The notes beneath the pieces were generated by a model. It ran no database searches, was not told the DNA's origin, and saw only the letters and a list, made by a program, of their open reading frames with translations. Of a stretch of 64,000 bases of DNA, positions 9,467 to 19,422 are shown one piece after another; the first letter of the stretch is position 1; each line of letters opens with the position of its first letter. The stretch comes from Nitrospira sp. (GTDB lineage: Bacteria; Nitrospirota; Nitrospiria; Nitrospirales; Nitrospiraceae): the NCBI GenBank assembly GCA_047150005.1, contig AP038806.1, forward strand, positions 1,504,001 through 1,568,000, written 5' to 3'. A program made the position numbers and the translations under genes.

Positions 9467-9636
9467 GTCATCGTGGCGTGCGCCCTGCTACATCTGCTAC
9501 AGATTGGCCTATGCGCGGAGTGGCTCATGGCAAGTTGTGCGCTCGACCGACGTAAATTCCGGAGAATGGTCGCAAGGTGTTGCTGGCCGGCGTGCCAGTC
9601 TTTACGATTGCCGAGTTGGAGAAAGTCGTGACCCGC
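9467..9636 (+). pseudogene. Degraded C-terminal remnant of a cation-transporting P-type ATPase
   Basis: Pieces across frames: IVACALL / LAY..STDVNSGEW / KVLLAGVPVFTIAELEKVVTR. Confidence 0.45.
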
Positions 9637-9722
9637 GACCTCAAAGGGGCCGACGCCGTGAGTCCATCGGTTGAACCGGCGTATCTTTCGGATTCATTGG
9701 TCACAAAAGAGGAGCATCACGC

Positions 9723-10598
9723 ATGAAATCCATAGTCGCGGCGACGGACCTTTCAGACGAGGCCAGGCATGCCGCCGAGCGTGGCGCCATCGTCGCGAAG
9801 GAACAGCAGGCTCAGCTGAATCTGATGCATGTGATCAGTGGGTCTTCTCTGAGTGCTCTGAGCAAATTGTTCCAGGGGTCAGCCGGTGTTGAGGCGAGGT
9901 TGATCGACGAGGCCCGGCGCTCGCTGAACGAGACGATCGTGAACATCGGTAAGACGACCTCAGTCAGGGCGAGTGCATCCGTCAAGACGGGTGAGGTGCT
10001 GGAAGAGATTCTTTCGGCATCTGAGGCGGCGGACCTGCTTGTCCTAGGGGCGCACGGATTGAACCCGCTGCGCGACCTCATCCTCGGCACGACGGCAGAA
10101 CGCGTGCTGCGTATGTGCAAGCGACCGGTGCTCATCGTCAAACGCCCGCCGCAAACGATGTACGAGCGTGTCATCGTGCCGATCGACTTTTCTTCCTATT
10201 CCGCCTCCGCGTTGAAAACGGCCACGCAAATCGCTCACAATGCCCGCATCACGATTCTCCATGCGTTTCGCGTTCCGTTTGAAGGAAAACTCCAGATAGC
10301 CGATGCGTCGGACGAAACCATCGAAAAATACTGCGAGATGGAACGACGAGAAGCCGAGAAGAAGATCAAGGAGCTGACCCGCGACTTCGGGGACGATGCG
10401 CACCGGATCTCGTTTACCGTCGTGCGCGGCGACGTGTCTCGTGTGATTCTTACCAAAGAGGAGGAGCTCTCAGCGGACTTGATCGTCATCGGCAAGCACG
10501 GTCAATCCATGGTCAAAGAGTGGCTACTTGGGAGCGTCACACACCATGTCCTCGCTGGGTCGAAATGTGATGTCCTCGTCGTCCCCATTCAAGCCTAG
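9723..10598 (+). CDS. Tandem-domain universal stress protein
   Basis: Two USP domains with DLLVLGAHG..LGTTAE and DLIVIGKHG..LGSVT. Confidence 0.92.
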   Translation: MKSIVAATDLSDEARHAAERGAIVAKEQQAQLNLMHVISGSSLSALSKLFQGSAGVEARLIDEARRSLNETIVNIGKTTSVRASASVKTGEVLEEILSASEAADLLVLGAHGLNPLRDLILGTTAERVLRMCKRPVLIVKRPPQTMYERVIVPIDFSSYSASALKTATQIAHNARITILHAFRVPFEGKLQIADASDETIEKYCEMERREAEKKIKELTRDFGDDAHRISFTVVRGDVSRVILTKEEELSADLIVIGKHGQSMVKEWLLGSVTHHVLAGSKCDVLVVPIQA

Positions 10599-10616
10599 CC
10601 TCGTCGCCTTCCCGCT

Positions 10617-10787
10617 ATGACGTTGCCAATCATTATTTTGCTTCCATTGCTCGCCGGCGTCGCGGGCACGCTCCTCCTCCAGCGTCGCGGGTTTTCCACC
10701 GCCGCCTGGGTCGCCGTCGTGCCGAACACAAAGGAAACGATGAAGAAAACCGGCATGCGATACTTCATGCCCGGACCGGGCACATGA
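10617..10787 (+). pseudogene. 56-aa hydrophobic ORF, possible MrpA/PhaA N-terminal remnant
   Basis: MTLPIIILLPLLAGVAGTLLLQRRGFSTAAWVAVV...; stop overlaps ybaL start (ATGA). Confidence 0.4.
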
Positions 10788-12418
10788 CCCCACATCCCCT
10801 GATTTCCATCTTGGTCGGCGGCTTCGTGGTCGCGTTCGTGTTCGGCGCCATTGCGAACCGCCTCAAGATGGCTCCCATCGTCGGCTATCTGCTGGCAGGC
10901 ATCGTAATCGGTCCGTTCACACCCGGGTTCGTAGCCGACGGTTCGCTGGCGCCGGAGCTGGCCGAAGTCGGCGTGATTCTCCTGATGTTCGGCCTGGGGC
11001 TCCATTTCTCGATCAGCGATCTGTTGTCAGTACGGCACATCGCGATTCCCGGCGCCATCGCGCAGATTATCATCGCCACCGGACTTGGATGGGGACTGGG
11101 GTATGCGATCGGGTGGCCCCTGGGCACCAGTCTGATGTTCGGCTTGGCGCTGTCCACCGCCAGCACGGTCGTCCTGCTTCGGGCCCTGGAGGATCGTCGC
11201 TTGATCGACACGTCCGAGGGCCGGATTGCGGTCGGATGGCTGATCGTCGAAGACATCGCCATGGTCGTGGCCTTGGTGGTGGTGCCGGCGTTGTCCGGTG
11301 CGTTGAAGGACTCGTCGGGAACCTCGGCACAGGTCGGTCCGCTCCTGGTCACGCTGGCGGTGACGCTTGGCAAGGTGGTGCTGTTCATTACCTTGATGCT
11401 GGTCATCGGCAAGCGGCTGATTCCGTGGGCCCTGGAACAGGTGTCGAAGACCGGGTCGCGTGAGCTGTTCACCCTGGCCGTGCTGGCCATCGCGCTTGGG
11501 GCGGCATTCGGATCGGCCGCCCTCTTCGGTGTCTCGTTCGCCCTGGGGGCATTCTTCGCCGGGCTGATCCTGAACGAATCCGAACTCAGCCATAAGGCGG
11601 CGGCCGAAACGCTTCCGTTGCGGGACGCGTTCGCGGTGCTCTTCTTCGTCGCGGTGGGCATGCTGTTCAACCCGAGCATCCTGGTCCACCAGCCGTGGGC
11701 CGTCGCCGGTACGTTGCTGATCATCCTCGTGGGAAAGTCGCTTGCCGCCTGGGTGATCGTCCTGTTGTTCGGACATCCGCAGCGTGTGGCCATCACCATT
11801 TCAGCCAGCCTGGCGCAAATCGGCGAGTTTGCCTTCATGCTGGCTGAACTCGGTATCAAGTCGGATCTGCTGCCGCACGAGGGTCGGGATTTGATTTTGG
11901 CCGGCGCAATTCTCTCCATCATCGTGAATCCCGTGTGGTTCGTGATGGTGGACTGGCTTCAGCCGCGCGGCCGTCGGGCGGGACATACGGCCATCCCGGC
12001 CGTTTCGGCGGCGGATCACGTGATTCTGGTCGGACACGGGCGGGTCGGCAAACTGGTGAATCAGGCGCTCAGGGACGGGAACCAGCCTGTCGTGGTCATC
12101 GAGAACAACGCCGAACGCGTCAACGAGTTGCGGGGGCAAGGGGAACAGGCGATTCTCGGCAATGCGGAAGCGCCCGGAATACTGGAGGCCGCCAGGGTCG
12201 ACCGCGCGCGTATGCTGATCTGCGCGATTCCCAACGTGTTCGAGGCCGGCCAGGTCATCCTGCGCGCCCGGGCCCTCAATCCGTCCATCGAGGTAGCCGC
12301 TCGCGCGCATTCCGACGCGGAAGTGGAGCATCTCCAACTCCGCGGTGCCGGAGTCGTCATCATGGGCGAGGAGGAAATCGCGCGCCGCATGATCGAGTAC
12401 GCGGTCGAACGCCGATGA
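10784..12418 (+). CDS. ybaL: CPA2 cation:proton antiporter with TrkA-N domain
   Basis: LSTASTVV, GWLIVED, LAQIGEFAF, C-terminal GHGRVG. Confidence 0.9.
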   Translation: MTPHPLISILVGGFVVAFVFGAIANRLKMAPIVGYLLAGIVIGPFTPGFVADGSLAPELAEVGVILLMFGLGLHFSISDLLSVRHIAIPGAIAQIIIATGLGWGLGYAIGWPLGTSLMFGLALSTASTVVLLRALEDRRLIDTSEGRIAVGWLIVEDIAMVVALVVVPALSGALKDSSGTSAQVGPLLVTLAVTLGKVVLFITLMLVIGKRLIPWALEQVSKTGSRELFTLAVLAIALGAAFGSAALFGVSFALGAFFAGLILNESELSHKAAAETLPLRDAFAVLFFVAVGMLFNPSILVHQPWAVAGTLLIILVGKSLAAWVIVLLFGHPQRVAITISASLAQIGEFAFMLAELGIKSDLLPHEGRDLILAGAILSIIVNPVWFVMVDWLQPRGRRAGHTAIPAVSAADHVILVGHGRVGKLVNQALRDGNQPVVVIENNAERVNELRGQGEQAILGNAEAPGILEAARVDRARMLICAIPNVFEAGQVILRARALNPSIEVAARAHSDAEVEHLQLRGAGVVIMGEEEIARRMIEYAVERR

Positions 12419-12555
12419 GCCGTTCCCGCCCAACGCATCCGGTCTCCGACAGTCTCGGGGAGACCTCTGGTGATCCGGGAATCATTTCCGTGTACGATGG
12501 ACGCGATGGAAATCTCATAGTGCGGCCGCCTCATCATAGGCCGGAAGGAGGGATC

Positions 12556-12714
12556 ATGCGCAAGTGGGAAGCGCCTGCCTTTACAGAAATCAGGATGGAT
12601 GCGGAAATCAACGGCTACCAGCAAGATCGTGACGACATCCCGGACCTCAGAGAGAACCGGCGCGCGGCAGAGATCACGGCCCCGCGGCAGGAACGCCCAG
12701 CGGCGACGACATGA
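12556..12714 (+). CDS. pqqA: PQQ precursor peptide with extended C-terminus (52 aa)
   Basis: MRKWEAPAFTEIRMDAEINGY: W-x-x-P leader and ExxxY core; GGAGGG RBS; stop overlaps pqqB start. Confidence 0.88.
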   Translation: MRKWEAPAFTEIRMDAEINGYQQDRDDIPDLRENRRAAEITAPRQERPAATT

Positions 12715-13634
12715 TCCTGCGGATTTTGGGCTCTGCCGCCGGCGGGGGCTTTCCGCAATGGAACTGCGCATGCGGCAATTGTAGCGGTCTGCGGCAGGGC
12801 GTCATCGCCGCAAGCCCTCGGACGCAGGAGTCGAGTGGTCTGAGCGCGGACGGGCGTACCTGGTTCTTGATCAACGCCTCTCCCGACATTCGCATGCAGA
12901 TCGAAGGCTTCGGCTCTCTGCATCCGGTGACCGGGCGCGCGACGCCGATCGAGGCTATTTTTCTCACCAATGGGGATCTTGATCACTGCCTGGGACTTCT
13001 CTCGCTTCGCGAGAACCAGCCCCTCGTCATCTATGCGACGGACACGGTCCGACGGGGATTCATGGACGGCAATGTGCTGTACCGGACGTTGGAACGGTTT
13101 CCCGGCCAGGTCACTTGGCGAAGGCTCGCGCTCGGAGAAGAGGACGCCGTCCAGTGTGCGAACGGGGTTGCGTCCGGCTTGACGGTCACGGCGTTCGCCG
13201 TACCGGGGAAACCGCCGGTCCATTTGGACGGGATGGTGGCGAGAGAGAATCCGGAACTCAACGTGGGACTTCGGTTCCGCCAGGTCGGGAGCGGACGGGT
13301 GCTGGCCTATCTGTCGTCTGTCGGGCGCATCACCGCCGCGCTGCTCGATCGATTGGCCGGGGCCGACGGGATCGTGTTCGACGGGACGTTCTGGTCGAGC
13401 GATGAGCTGTCGGCCCCGGGATTTCTCAGAAAGTCGGCCGAAGAGTTGGCCCATTGGCCCGTCGGGGGGACGGACGGCAGCCTGGCGACACTGGCGGATA
13501 TTCGCGCCCGACACCGGATCTTTATTCACATCAACAACACGAACCCGATCCTGCGCGAGGATGCTCCTGAGCGAGCCATGGTCGAGGCGGCAGGATGGCA
13601 GGTCGGACGGGACGGGATGGAAATTCACGTATGA
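12711..13634 (+). CDS. pqqB: PQQ biosynthesis protein B
   Basis: GSAAGGGFPQWNCAC, INASPD, FDGTFW, HINNTNP. Confidence 0.95.
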   Translation: MILRILGSAAGGGFPQWNCACGNCSGLRQGVIAASPRTQESSGLSADGRTWFLINASPDIRMQIEGFGSLHPVTGRATPIEAIFLTNGDLDHCLGLLSLRENQPLVIYATDTVRRGFMDGNVLYRTLERFPGQVTWRRLALGEEDAVQCANGVASGLTVTAFAVPGKPPVHLDGMVARENPELNVGLRFRQVGSGRVLAYLSSVGRITAALLDRLAGADGIVFDGTFWSSDELSAPGFLRKSAEELAHWPVGGTDGSLATLADIRARHRIFIHINNTNPILREDAPERAMVEAAGWQVGRDGMEIHV

Positions 13635-14395
13635 GTCGGCGCTCCGATCCACGATCCCTGTCGAACGCGGCATTTCTCGCGCGGCTGCGCCGAGAGGGCG
13701 CCTCCCGCTACCATGATCGGCATCCGTTCCACCTGCGCATGCATCAAGGGAAACTGACAAAGGGGCAGCTCCAGCAATGGGTATTGAACCGGTACTACTA
13801 TCAAACGCGGATTCCCATCAAAGATGCTTTGATTCTCTCGAAGTCGGAGGACCCGGTCTTCCGACGGGTCTGGATCCGGCGCATCCAGGATCAAGACGGC
13901 GGTGAGACCGGCGCAGGAGGTCTCGACTCCTGGTTGATCCTTGCGCGTGGTGTGGGCCTCGATGTCGACGAGGTTCGCAGTTTGCGATCGGTTCTGCCGG
14001 GAGTCAGGCTGGCCTGCGACGGCTACGTGCAGTTCGTGCGGGAGGCGTCACTGCTCGAAGCCGTGGCCTCCTCACTCACCGAGTTGTTTGCGCCCGCGCT
14101 CATGAGCCGGAGGCTGGACGCCTGGGCGCGCCATTATCCCTGGGTGGGCTCCAAGGCGCTGGCCTATTTTCGGATGCGCGTGTCGCGCGCCGATCTCGAC
14201 GCGAGGCAAGCGGTCTTGTTCGTGCTTCGGGAAGCGACCACCAGCGAACGTCAAACCGCCTGCATCGAGGCCTTGATCAAGAAGGCGGAGATTCTCTGGC
14301 ATCTGCTCGATTGCATTCATGCCGCCTACGTCGGACCGATGTCGGCGAACGAAAGGAACGCTCATGCCGGACACCATCGTCAGGCCTCGGCTTAA
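13631..14395 (+). CDS. pqqC: PQQ synthase
   Basis: YHDRHPFH, NRYYYQTRIPIKD, SSLTELFAP. Confidence 0.93.
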   Translation: MSRRSDPRSLSNAAFLARLRREGASRYHDRHPFHLRMHQGKLTKGQLQQWVLNRYYYQTRIPIKDALILSKSEDPVFRRVWIRRIQDQDGGETGAGGLDSWLILARGVGLDVDEVRSLRSVLPGVRLACDGYVQFVREASLLEAVASSLTELFAPALMSRRLDAWARHYPWVGSKALAYFRMRVSRADLDARQAVLFVLREATTSERQTACIEALIKKAEILWHLLDCIHAAYVGPMSANERNAHAGHHRQASA

Positions 14396-14645
14396 TCCCG
14401 TGGCTCGGCTTCGACTGGATCGGCGAACCGGCCGGCAGCTGCTCCTGTACCCCGAAGCCGGATTGGACTTGAACGATACGGGATGCGACATCCTGCGGCG
14501 GTGTACCGGTGAGCAGACGACGGACGACATTATCCGAGCGCTGACCGACAGTCATGCCGGTGCGTCTCCCGACGAGATCGCACGGGACGTCCGTGCCTTC
14601 GTCAGGACGCTCGCGGACCGCGGACTGATTCAGGACGCCGGATGA
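14364..14645 (+). CDS. pqqD: PqqD peptide chaperone (RRE domain)
   Basis: LLLYPE..LNDTG..IL..C motif; lies between pqqC and pqqE. Confidence 0.9.
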   Translation: MPDTIVRPRLNPVARLRLDRRTGRQLLLYPEAGLDLNDTGCDILRRCTGEQTTDDIIRALTDSHAGASPDEIARDVRAFVRTLADRGLIQDAG

Positions 14646-15745
14646 AGACGCTCGATCGCCCGTACACACTGATCGCCGAGCTCACCCATCGGTGTCCTTT
14701 GCGGTGTCCCTATTGTTCGAATCCGATGGCCTCGGTCGGCTCGGAGACCGAGCTCGACACGGAGACATGGCTGCGCGTCTTTGACGAAGCGGACGCGCTC
14801 GGCGTGGTCCAGGTCAATCTCACCGGGGGTGAGCCGCTGCTGCGGGATGATGCGGAGCGGCTCATCGAGCGGGCGGCGGAACGGGAGCTCTACACCAACC
14901 TGATCACGAGCGGGATCCCCTTGACCTTCGAACGGTTGCATCGATTGAAGGCGTGCGGATTGAACAGCGTGCAGGTGTCGGTGCAAAGCACGAGACAGGC
15001 GGAGGCCGACACGATCGCCGGAGGGTCCTTCTTCAGCCGGAAACTCGCGGTCATGCGATGGGTCAAGTCGCTGGGACTGCCGCTGACCATGAACGTGGTG
15101 CTCCATCGGGAGAATCTGGGCGAGATCGAGGACATCATCCGGCTGGCCGAACGGATCGAGGCGGACCGCCTCGAGCTGGCGAATGTGCAGTATCTCGGCT
15201 GGGCCCTGCACAACCGGACAGCGCTGCTGCCGACTCGCGAGCAAATCGAGCGGGCGAGGGCTGTCGCCACTGAGGCCAAACGGCGGCTCCGCGGCACGAT
15301 GGACGTGTGCTTCATCCTGCCGGACTATTACGCGGACCGACCAAAAGCCTGTATGGACGGCTGGGGCCGTCGCTATCTGGTTGTGAACCCCGAGGGACTG
15401 GCGCTGCCCTGCCATTTGGCCCATACGATCCCGAGCCTCAGCTTCGACAATGTCCGGCAGCGGCCTCTTGCGGAGATCTGGGGTCAGTCCGCCGGCTTCA
15501 ACCGATTCCGCGGAGAGGAGTGGCTGCCCGATCCGTGCCGGTCCTGTCCGAGCCGGACCACGGATTTCGGTGGCTGCCGATGTCAGGCCTATCATGTGAC
15601 AGGGAACGCGGCCGCCGCCGATCCGGCCTGTGCGTTGGCGCCGGACCATTGGACGATCGAAGCGGCGCGGGCCCGAGCCGTTCACCAGGTCGGGATGCCC
15701 GTGGTCTTCGAGTATCGCGGAACGCCACGGCCTGTTCGTAGCTGA
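14642..15745 (+). CDS. pqqE: Radical SAM/SPASM PqqA cyclase
   Basis: AELTHRCPLRCPYCSNP, CMDGWG, DFGGCRCQA. Confidence 0.95.
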   Translation: MKTLDRPYTLIAELTHRCPLRCPYCSNPMASVGSETELDTETWLRVFDEADALGVVQVNLTGGEPLLRDDAERLIERAAERELYTNLITSGIPLTFERLHRLKACGLNSVQVSVQSTRQAEADTIAGGSFFSRKLAVMRWVKSLGLPLTMNVVLHRENLGEIEDIIRLAERIEADRLELANVQYLGWALHNRTALLPTREQIERARAVATEAKRRLRGTMDVCFILPDYYADRPKACMDGWGRRYLVVNPEGLALPCHLAHTIPSLSFDNVRQRPLAEIWGQSAGFNRFRGEEWLPDPCRSCPSRTTDFGGCRCQAYHVTGNAAAADPACALAPDHWTIEAARARAVHQVGMPVVFEYRGTPRPVRS

Positions 15746-15792
15746 GACTCGCAGGGGTCGGCTTCCTTCCGCCTCTGTCGACGGAGGACCCT

Positions 15793-16968
15793 ATGCAAGA
15801 GAGTCACGACATCAGGATGCACTATCCTCAGGCGCCGGCGAGGACCGGACGGACGGACCGGGCGCGACGCGTACGTTGCTGGTGGATGGTCTGGCTCTGC
15901 CTGTTCGTCACACAAGCCGAGGCTGGGTCCCTCCCGCTGGACCGCATCACGTTGCCGCCGGGCTTCACGATCTCGATCTACGCGGACGATGTGCCGAATG
16001 CGAGAGGCATGACCCTTGGCCAGAACGGCACCCTTTTCGTCGGCAGCAAAGAGAAAGGGAAAGTGTACGCGGTCGTCGACAAGGACGGAGACCAGCGGGC
16101 CGATCAGGTCTTCACGGTCGCCAGCGGACTCCACATGCCGGTGGGCGTGGCCTATCGAAAGGGGGCGCTGTACGTATCCTCCGTCGACCGTATCGTAAGA
16201 TTCGAAAACATCGAGGAACGGCTGTCGAATCCTCCGTCGCCGGTGACGGTCACGGACCGCTTTCCGAAGGAAACGTCGCACGGGTGGAAGTTCATCGCCT
16301 TCGGACCGGACGGGAAACTCTACGTACCGGTCGGGGCGCCGTGCAACATCTGCGAGCCGGAGCCGGACCGGTACGCGCTGATTGCGCGCATCAACGAGGA
16401 CGGCGGGGACTATGAAGTGGTCGCCCGCGGCGTCCGGAACTCGGTCGGCTTCGATTGGGATCCGGCCACGCGCGAGTTGTGGTTTACGGACAACGGCCGT
16501 GACTGGCTCGGCGACGATCAGCCGCCGGATGAGCTCAATCATGCGCCGAAAGCGGGCCTGCATTTCGGCTATCCCTATTGTCACGGCGGCACGATTTCCG
16601 ATCCGGAGTTTGGGGCTAAACACTCCTGCCCGGAGTTCACGCCGCCCGCCGTTGCGCTCGGACCCCATGTCGCATCGCTCGGCATGCGCTTCTATACCGG
16701 CGCAATGTTCCCGCCTGAATACCGGGGCCGAATCTTCATCGCGGAGCACGGCTCATGGAATCGGACGGAGAAAACCGGATATCGGCTCACGGTCGTCTCA
16801 CGGGACAAGAAAGGCACTCCGACCTATTCCGTGTTTGCGCAGGGGTGGTTGCGCGGTCAGCAGGCCTGGGGGCGTCCGGCCGACGTCCTGATCATGCCCG
16901 ACGGCGCGCTCCTGGTATCCGACGACTTGGCGGGTGTGATCTACCGCATCAGCTATCAACAACCATGA
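15793..16968 (+). CDS. Exported PQQ-type glucose/sorbosone dehydrogenase
   Basis: FGPDGKLY, GVRNSVG, TDNGRD, HGSWNR, GRPADV; true start may be further downstream. Confidence 0.85.
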   Translation: MQESHDIRMHYPQAPARTGRTDRARRVRCWWMVWLCLFVTQAEAGSLPLDRITLPPGFTISIYADDVPNARGMTLGQNGTLFVGSKEKGKVYAVVDKDGDQRADQVFTVASGLHMPVGVAYRKGALYVSSVDRIVRFENIEERLSNPPSPVTVTDRFPKETSHGWKFIAFGPDGKLYVPVGAPCNICEPEPDRYALIARINEDGGDYEVVARGVRNSVGFDWDPATRELWFTDNGRDWLGDDQPPDELNHAPKAGLHFGYPYCHGGTISDPEFGAKHSCPEFTPPAVALGPHVASLGMRFYTGAMFPPEYRGRIFIAEHGSWNRTEKTGYRLTVVSRDKKGTPTYSVFAQGWLRGQQAWGRPADVLIMPDGALLVSDDLAGVIYRISYQQP

Positions 16969-17019
16969 GCCCGTCGCCGACGGGCCAAGCACAGTCCATT
17001 GATGGACAGGGAGGAGAAC

Positions 17020-17448
17020 ATGATGAAACGAAGCGCATCCGCCGCATGGCGAGGAGATCTGAAGGCCGGCAAGGGAACCGTCTCAACGGAGAGCGGTGTC
17101 CTCTCGCAGGCCCAGTATTCGTTCGGCACCAGATTCGAAAGCGGGAAGGGCACGAACCCGGAAGAACTCATTGCGGCGGCGCACGCCGGCTGTTTTACCA
17201 TGGCGCTGTCGGCCCAGTTGGGCAACGCCGGCCTCGCGCCGGAGAAACTCGAAACGACCGCTACGGTACACTTCGAGAAGCTCGACGCAGGGTGGACGGT
17301 CACCAAGATCCATCTGGACGTCAGAGGCACGGTGCCGAAAGCCGACGCCGCCGCATGGGAGAAAGCGACGACGGCGGCCAAGACCGGCTGCCCCATCTCA
17401 CGTCTGCTGAATACGACCATTACGATGGACGCAAAGCTCGGAACCTGA
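17020..17448 (+). CDS. osmC: OsmC family peroxiredoxin
   Basis: GTNPEELIAAAHAGCF and CPIS. Confidence 0.92.
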   Translation: MMKRSASAAWRGDLKAGKGTVSTESGVLSQAQYSFGTRFESGKGTNPEELIAAAHAGCFTMALSAQLGNAGLAPEKLETTATVHFEKLDAGWTVTKIHLDVRGTVPKADAAAWEKATTAAKTGCPISRLLNTTITMDAKLGT

Positions 17449-17644
17449 ATCCCGAGCCAGCACGGAGTCACACAGTTCATACGGGATATGGCAAGATTCT
17501 GGCAGCTCGTGGATGCGAGGAGTGATTCCGGTGGGATCATCATCCGGGGGCACCCAAGGAGAAACGGAGATCAGACCGCCGACGGCCTGATGTCGGCGGG
17601 GGTGCGCAAGAACGTTCATCGCGCAGGACCGTAAAGGAGCGGCT

Positions 17645-18568
17645 ATGAAGAACATCGGGAGGCGGAGGGCGGTGAATCGGAGCGGTGCGACCTGTGTGCT
17701 GGGAGTGTCCACACGCATACTCATGATGCTGGCGCTCGTGGGTCTGTTGGGGCAGGGCTTGCCCGTATTCGCCCAGGAGAGCCGTCCGGAGAACGAGATC
17801 ACGAGCTTGGGCGATGGCGTGTATGCGTTCCGACATCAGTTCCACCAGGCGATTTTCATCACGACCCCCAAGGGAGTGATCGTTACGGATCCTATCAGCG
17901 CGGAGGCGGCGACGTGGCTCAAGAAAGAGATCAGAAAGTACTCCGACCAGCCGATTCGCTATGTCGTCTATAGTCACCATCATGACGATCACATCACGGG
18001 CGGCAGTCTGTTCGCCGATACGGCGTTGTTCGTCAGTCAGGCCGGAGCAAGAGTGAAGATCCGGGAAGCGGCCGACCCCCTCACGCCCCTGCCCGACCTC
18101 ACCTTCACGGATCGCATGTCCATCGAGCTCGGCGGGAAGCACGTTGAGCTGATTTATACAGGCAAGAACCATTCGGACAACAGCCTGGTGGTTCTGCTGC
18201 CGGAGCAACGGCTGCTCTTCGCCGTCGATTTCATCCCGGTCGAGACGGTCGCTTATCGTACGATGAGGAGCGACTATCCGGACGACTGGATCGAATCGCT
18301 CAAGCGCGTCGAGCAATTGGATTTCGACCGGCTGGTGCCAGGCCACGGCAAGATCGGGAACAAGGAGCACGTGCGGATGTTCCGCGGCTATCTGGAGGAC
18401 CTCCGGGCTGCCGTGCAGGAACAACTCCAGAAGGGAGCGAGCCTCGAGGAGACGAAACAGGCGGTTCAGCTTCCCAAGTACGAACGGTGGCAGCGCTACG
18501 GCGACTGGTTTCCTGAGAATGTGGAAGGGATGTACCGCTATCTGACGCAGCGACGAGAGACGAAGTAA
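17645..18568 (+). CDS. Exported MBL-fold metallo-hydrolase
   Basis: SHHHDDH and VPGHG; signal peptide; start uncertain. Confidence 0.85.
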   Translation: MKNIGRRRAVNRSGATCVLGVSTRILMMLALVGLLGQGLPVFAQESRPENEITSLGDGVYAFRHQFHQAIFITTPKGVIVTDPISAEAATWLKKEIRKYSDQPIRYVVYSHHHDDHITGGSLFADTALFVSQAGARVKIREAADPLTPLPDLTFTDRMSIELGGKHVELIYTGKNHSDNSLVVLLPEQRLLFAVDFIPVETVAYRTMRSDYPDDWIESLKRVEQLDFDRLVPGHGKIGNKEHVRMFRGYLEDLRAAVQEQLQKGASLEETKQAVQLPKYERWQRYGDWFPENVEGMYRYLTQRRETK

Positions 18569-18602
18569 CGGCGGTCCCATCGGATCGCCTAAGGAATTCA
18601 TC

Positions 18603-19286
18603 ATGCCGTCCGGCGAAGTCGTCCTGCTCTTCGACGTGGACAACACGCTGCTCGACAACGATCGAGTGACGGAAGACCTGCGCTGGCATCTGGAGCAGGA
18701 GGTCGGTCCCGATCGGCAAGAGCGTTATTGGGCGCTGTTCGAGGAGTTGCGTCGTGAGCTGGGGTATGCCGACTATCTCGGGGCGCTTCAACGGTATCGC
18801 ATCGAGTATCCACGCGATCCCCATCTCTTGACGGTGTCCCACTTTCTGATCAACTACCCGTTTGCGGACCGCCTGTATCCCAGGGGGCTCGATGTGATCG
18901 GGCAAGCCAGGCGCGCGGGCAAGGCCGTGATCCTCTCGGACGGAGACGTGGTGTTCCAACCGAGGAAGGTGGAGCAATCCGGGCTGCATGAGGCCGTCGA
19001 CGGGAACGTCCTGATCTACATTCACAAGGAACGGGAGCTCGAGGACGTAGAACGGCGGTTTCCGGCCGATCGGTACGTGCTGGTCGACGACAAGGTTCGG
19101 ATCCTCTCGGCTGTGAAAGCGATATGGGGTTCCCGTGTGACCACGGTCTTTCCCCGGCAGGGCCACTATGCGCTGGATTCGCAGGAGGTCGCCCGGTTCC
19201 CCCCCCCGGATGTGACCGTGAACGTCATCGGGGACCTGCTCGACAGGGACTGTTTCGCCCGGATCCTCCGCGGCGCAGGGTCCTGA
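18603..19286 (+). CDS. HAD family hydrolase
   Basis: FDVDNTL motif I, LSDG, VDDK. Confidence 0.85.
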   Translation: MPSGEVVLLFDVDNTLLDNDRVTEDLRWHLEQEVGPDRQERYWALFEELRRELGYADYLGALQRYRIEYPRDPHLLTVSHFLINYPFADRLYPRGLDVIGQARRAGKAVILSDGDVVFQPRKVEQSGLHEAVDGNVLIYIHKERELEDVERRFPADRYVLVDDKVRILSAVKAIWGSRVTTVFPRQGHYALDSQEVARFPPPDVTVNVIGDLLDRDCFARILRGAGS

Positions 19287-19422
19287 GCTGGATGCCGCAG
19301 GGCGGTCAAGTCTTCGGTTGTAGCCGGACGGTCGTCTGGCATATAAGTAAGCGGGGTCGACGTGGCTGGCCGGTCCGTCATGCGGGAGCGCGTTCATCCA
19401 TCAACCAGGAGGAGGGCCAAGC

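Noticed and set aside
17489..17503. Sigma54 promoter TGGCAAGATTCTGGC
   Set aside because: Spacing fits but the -12 element is weak and no enhancer palindrome was found upstream.
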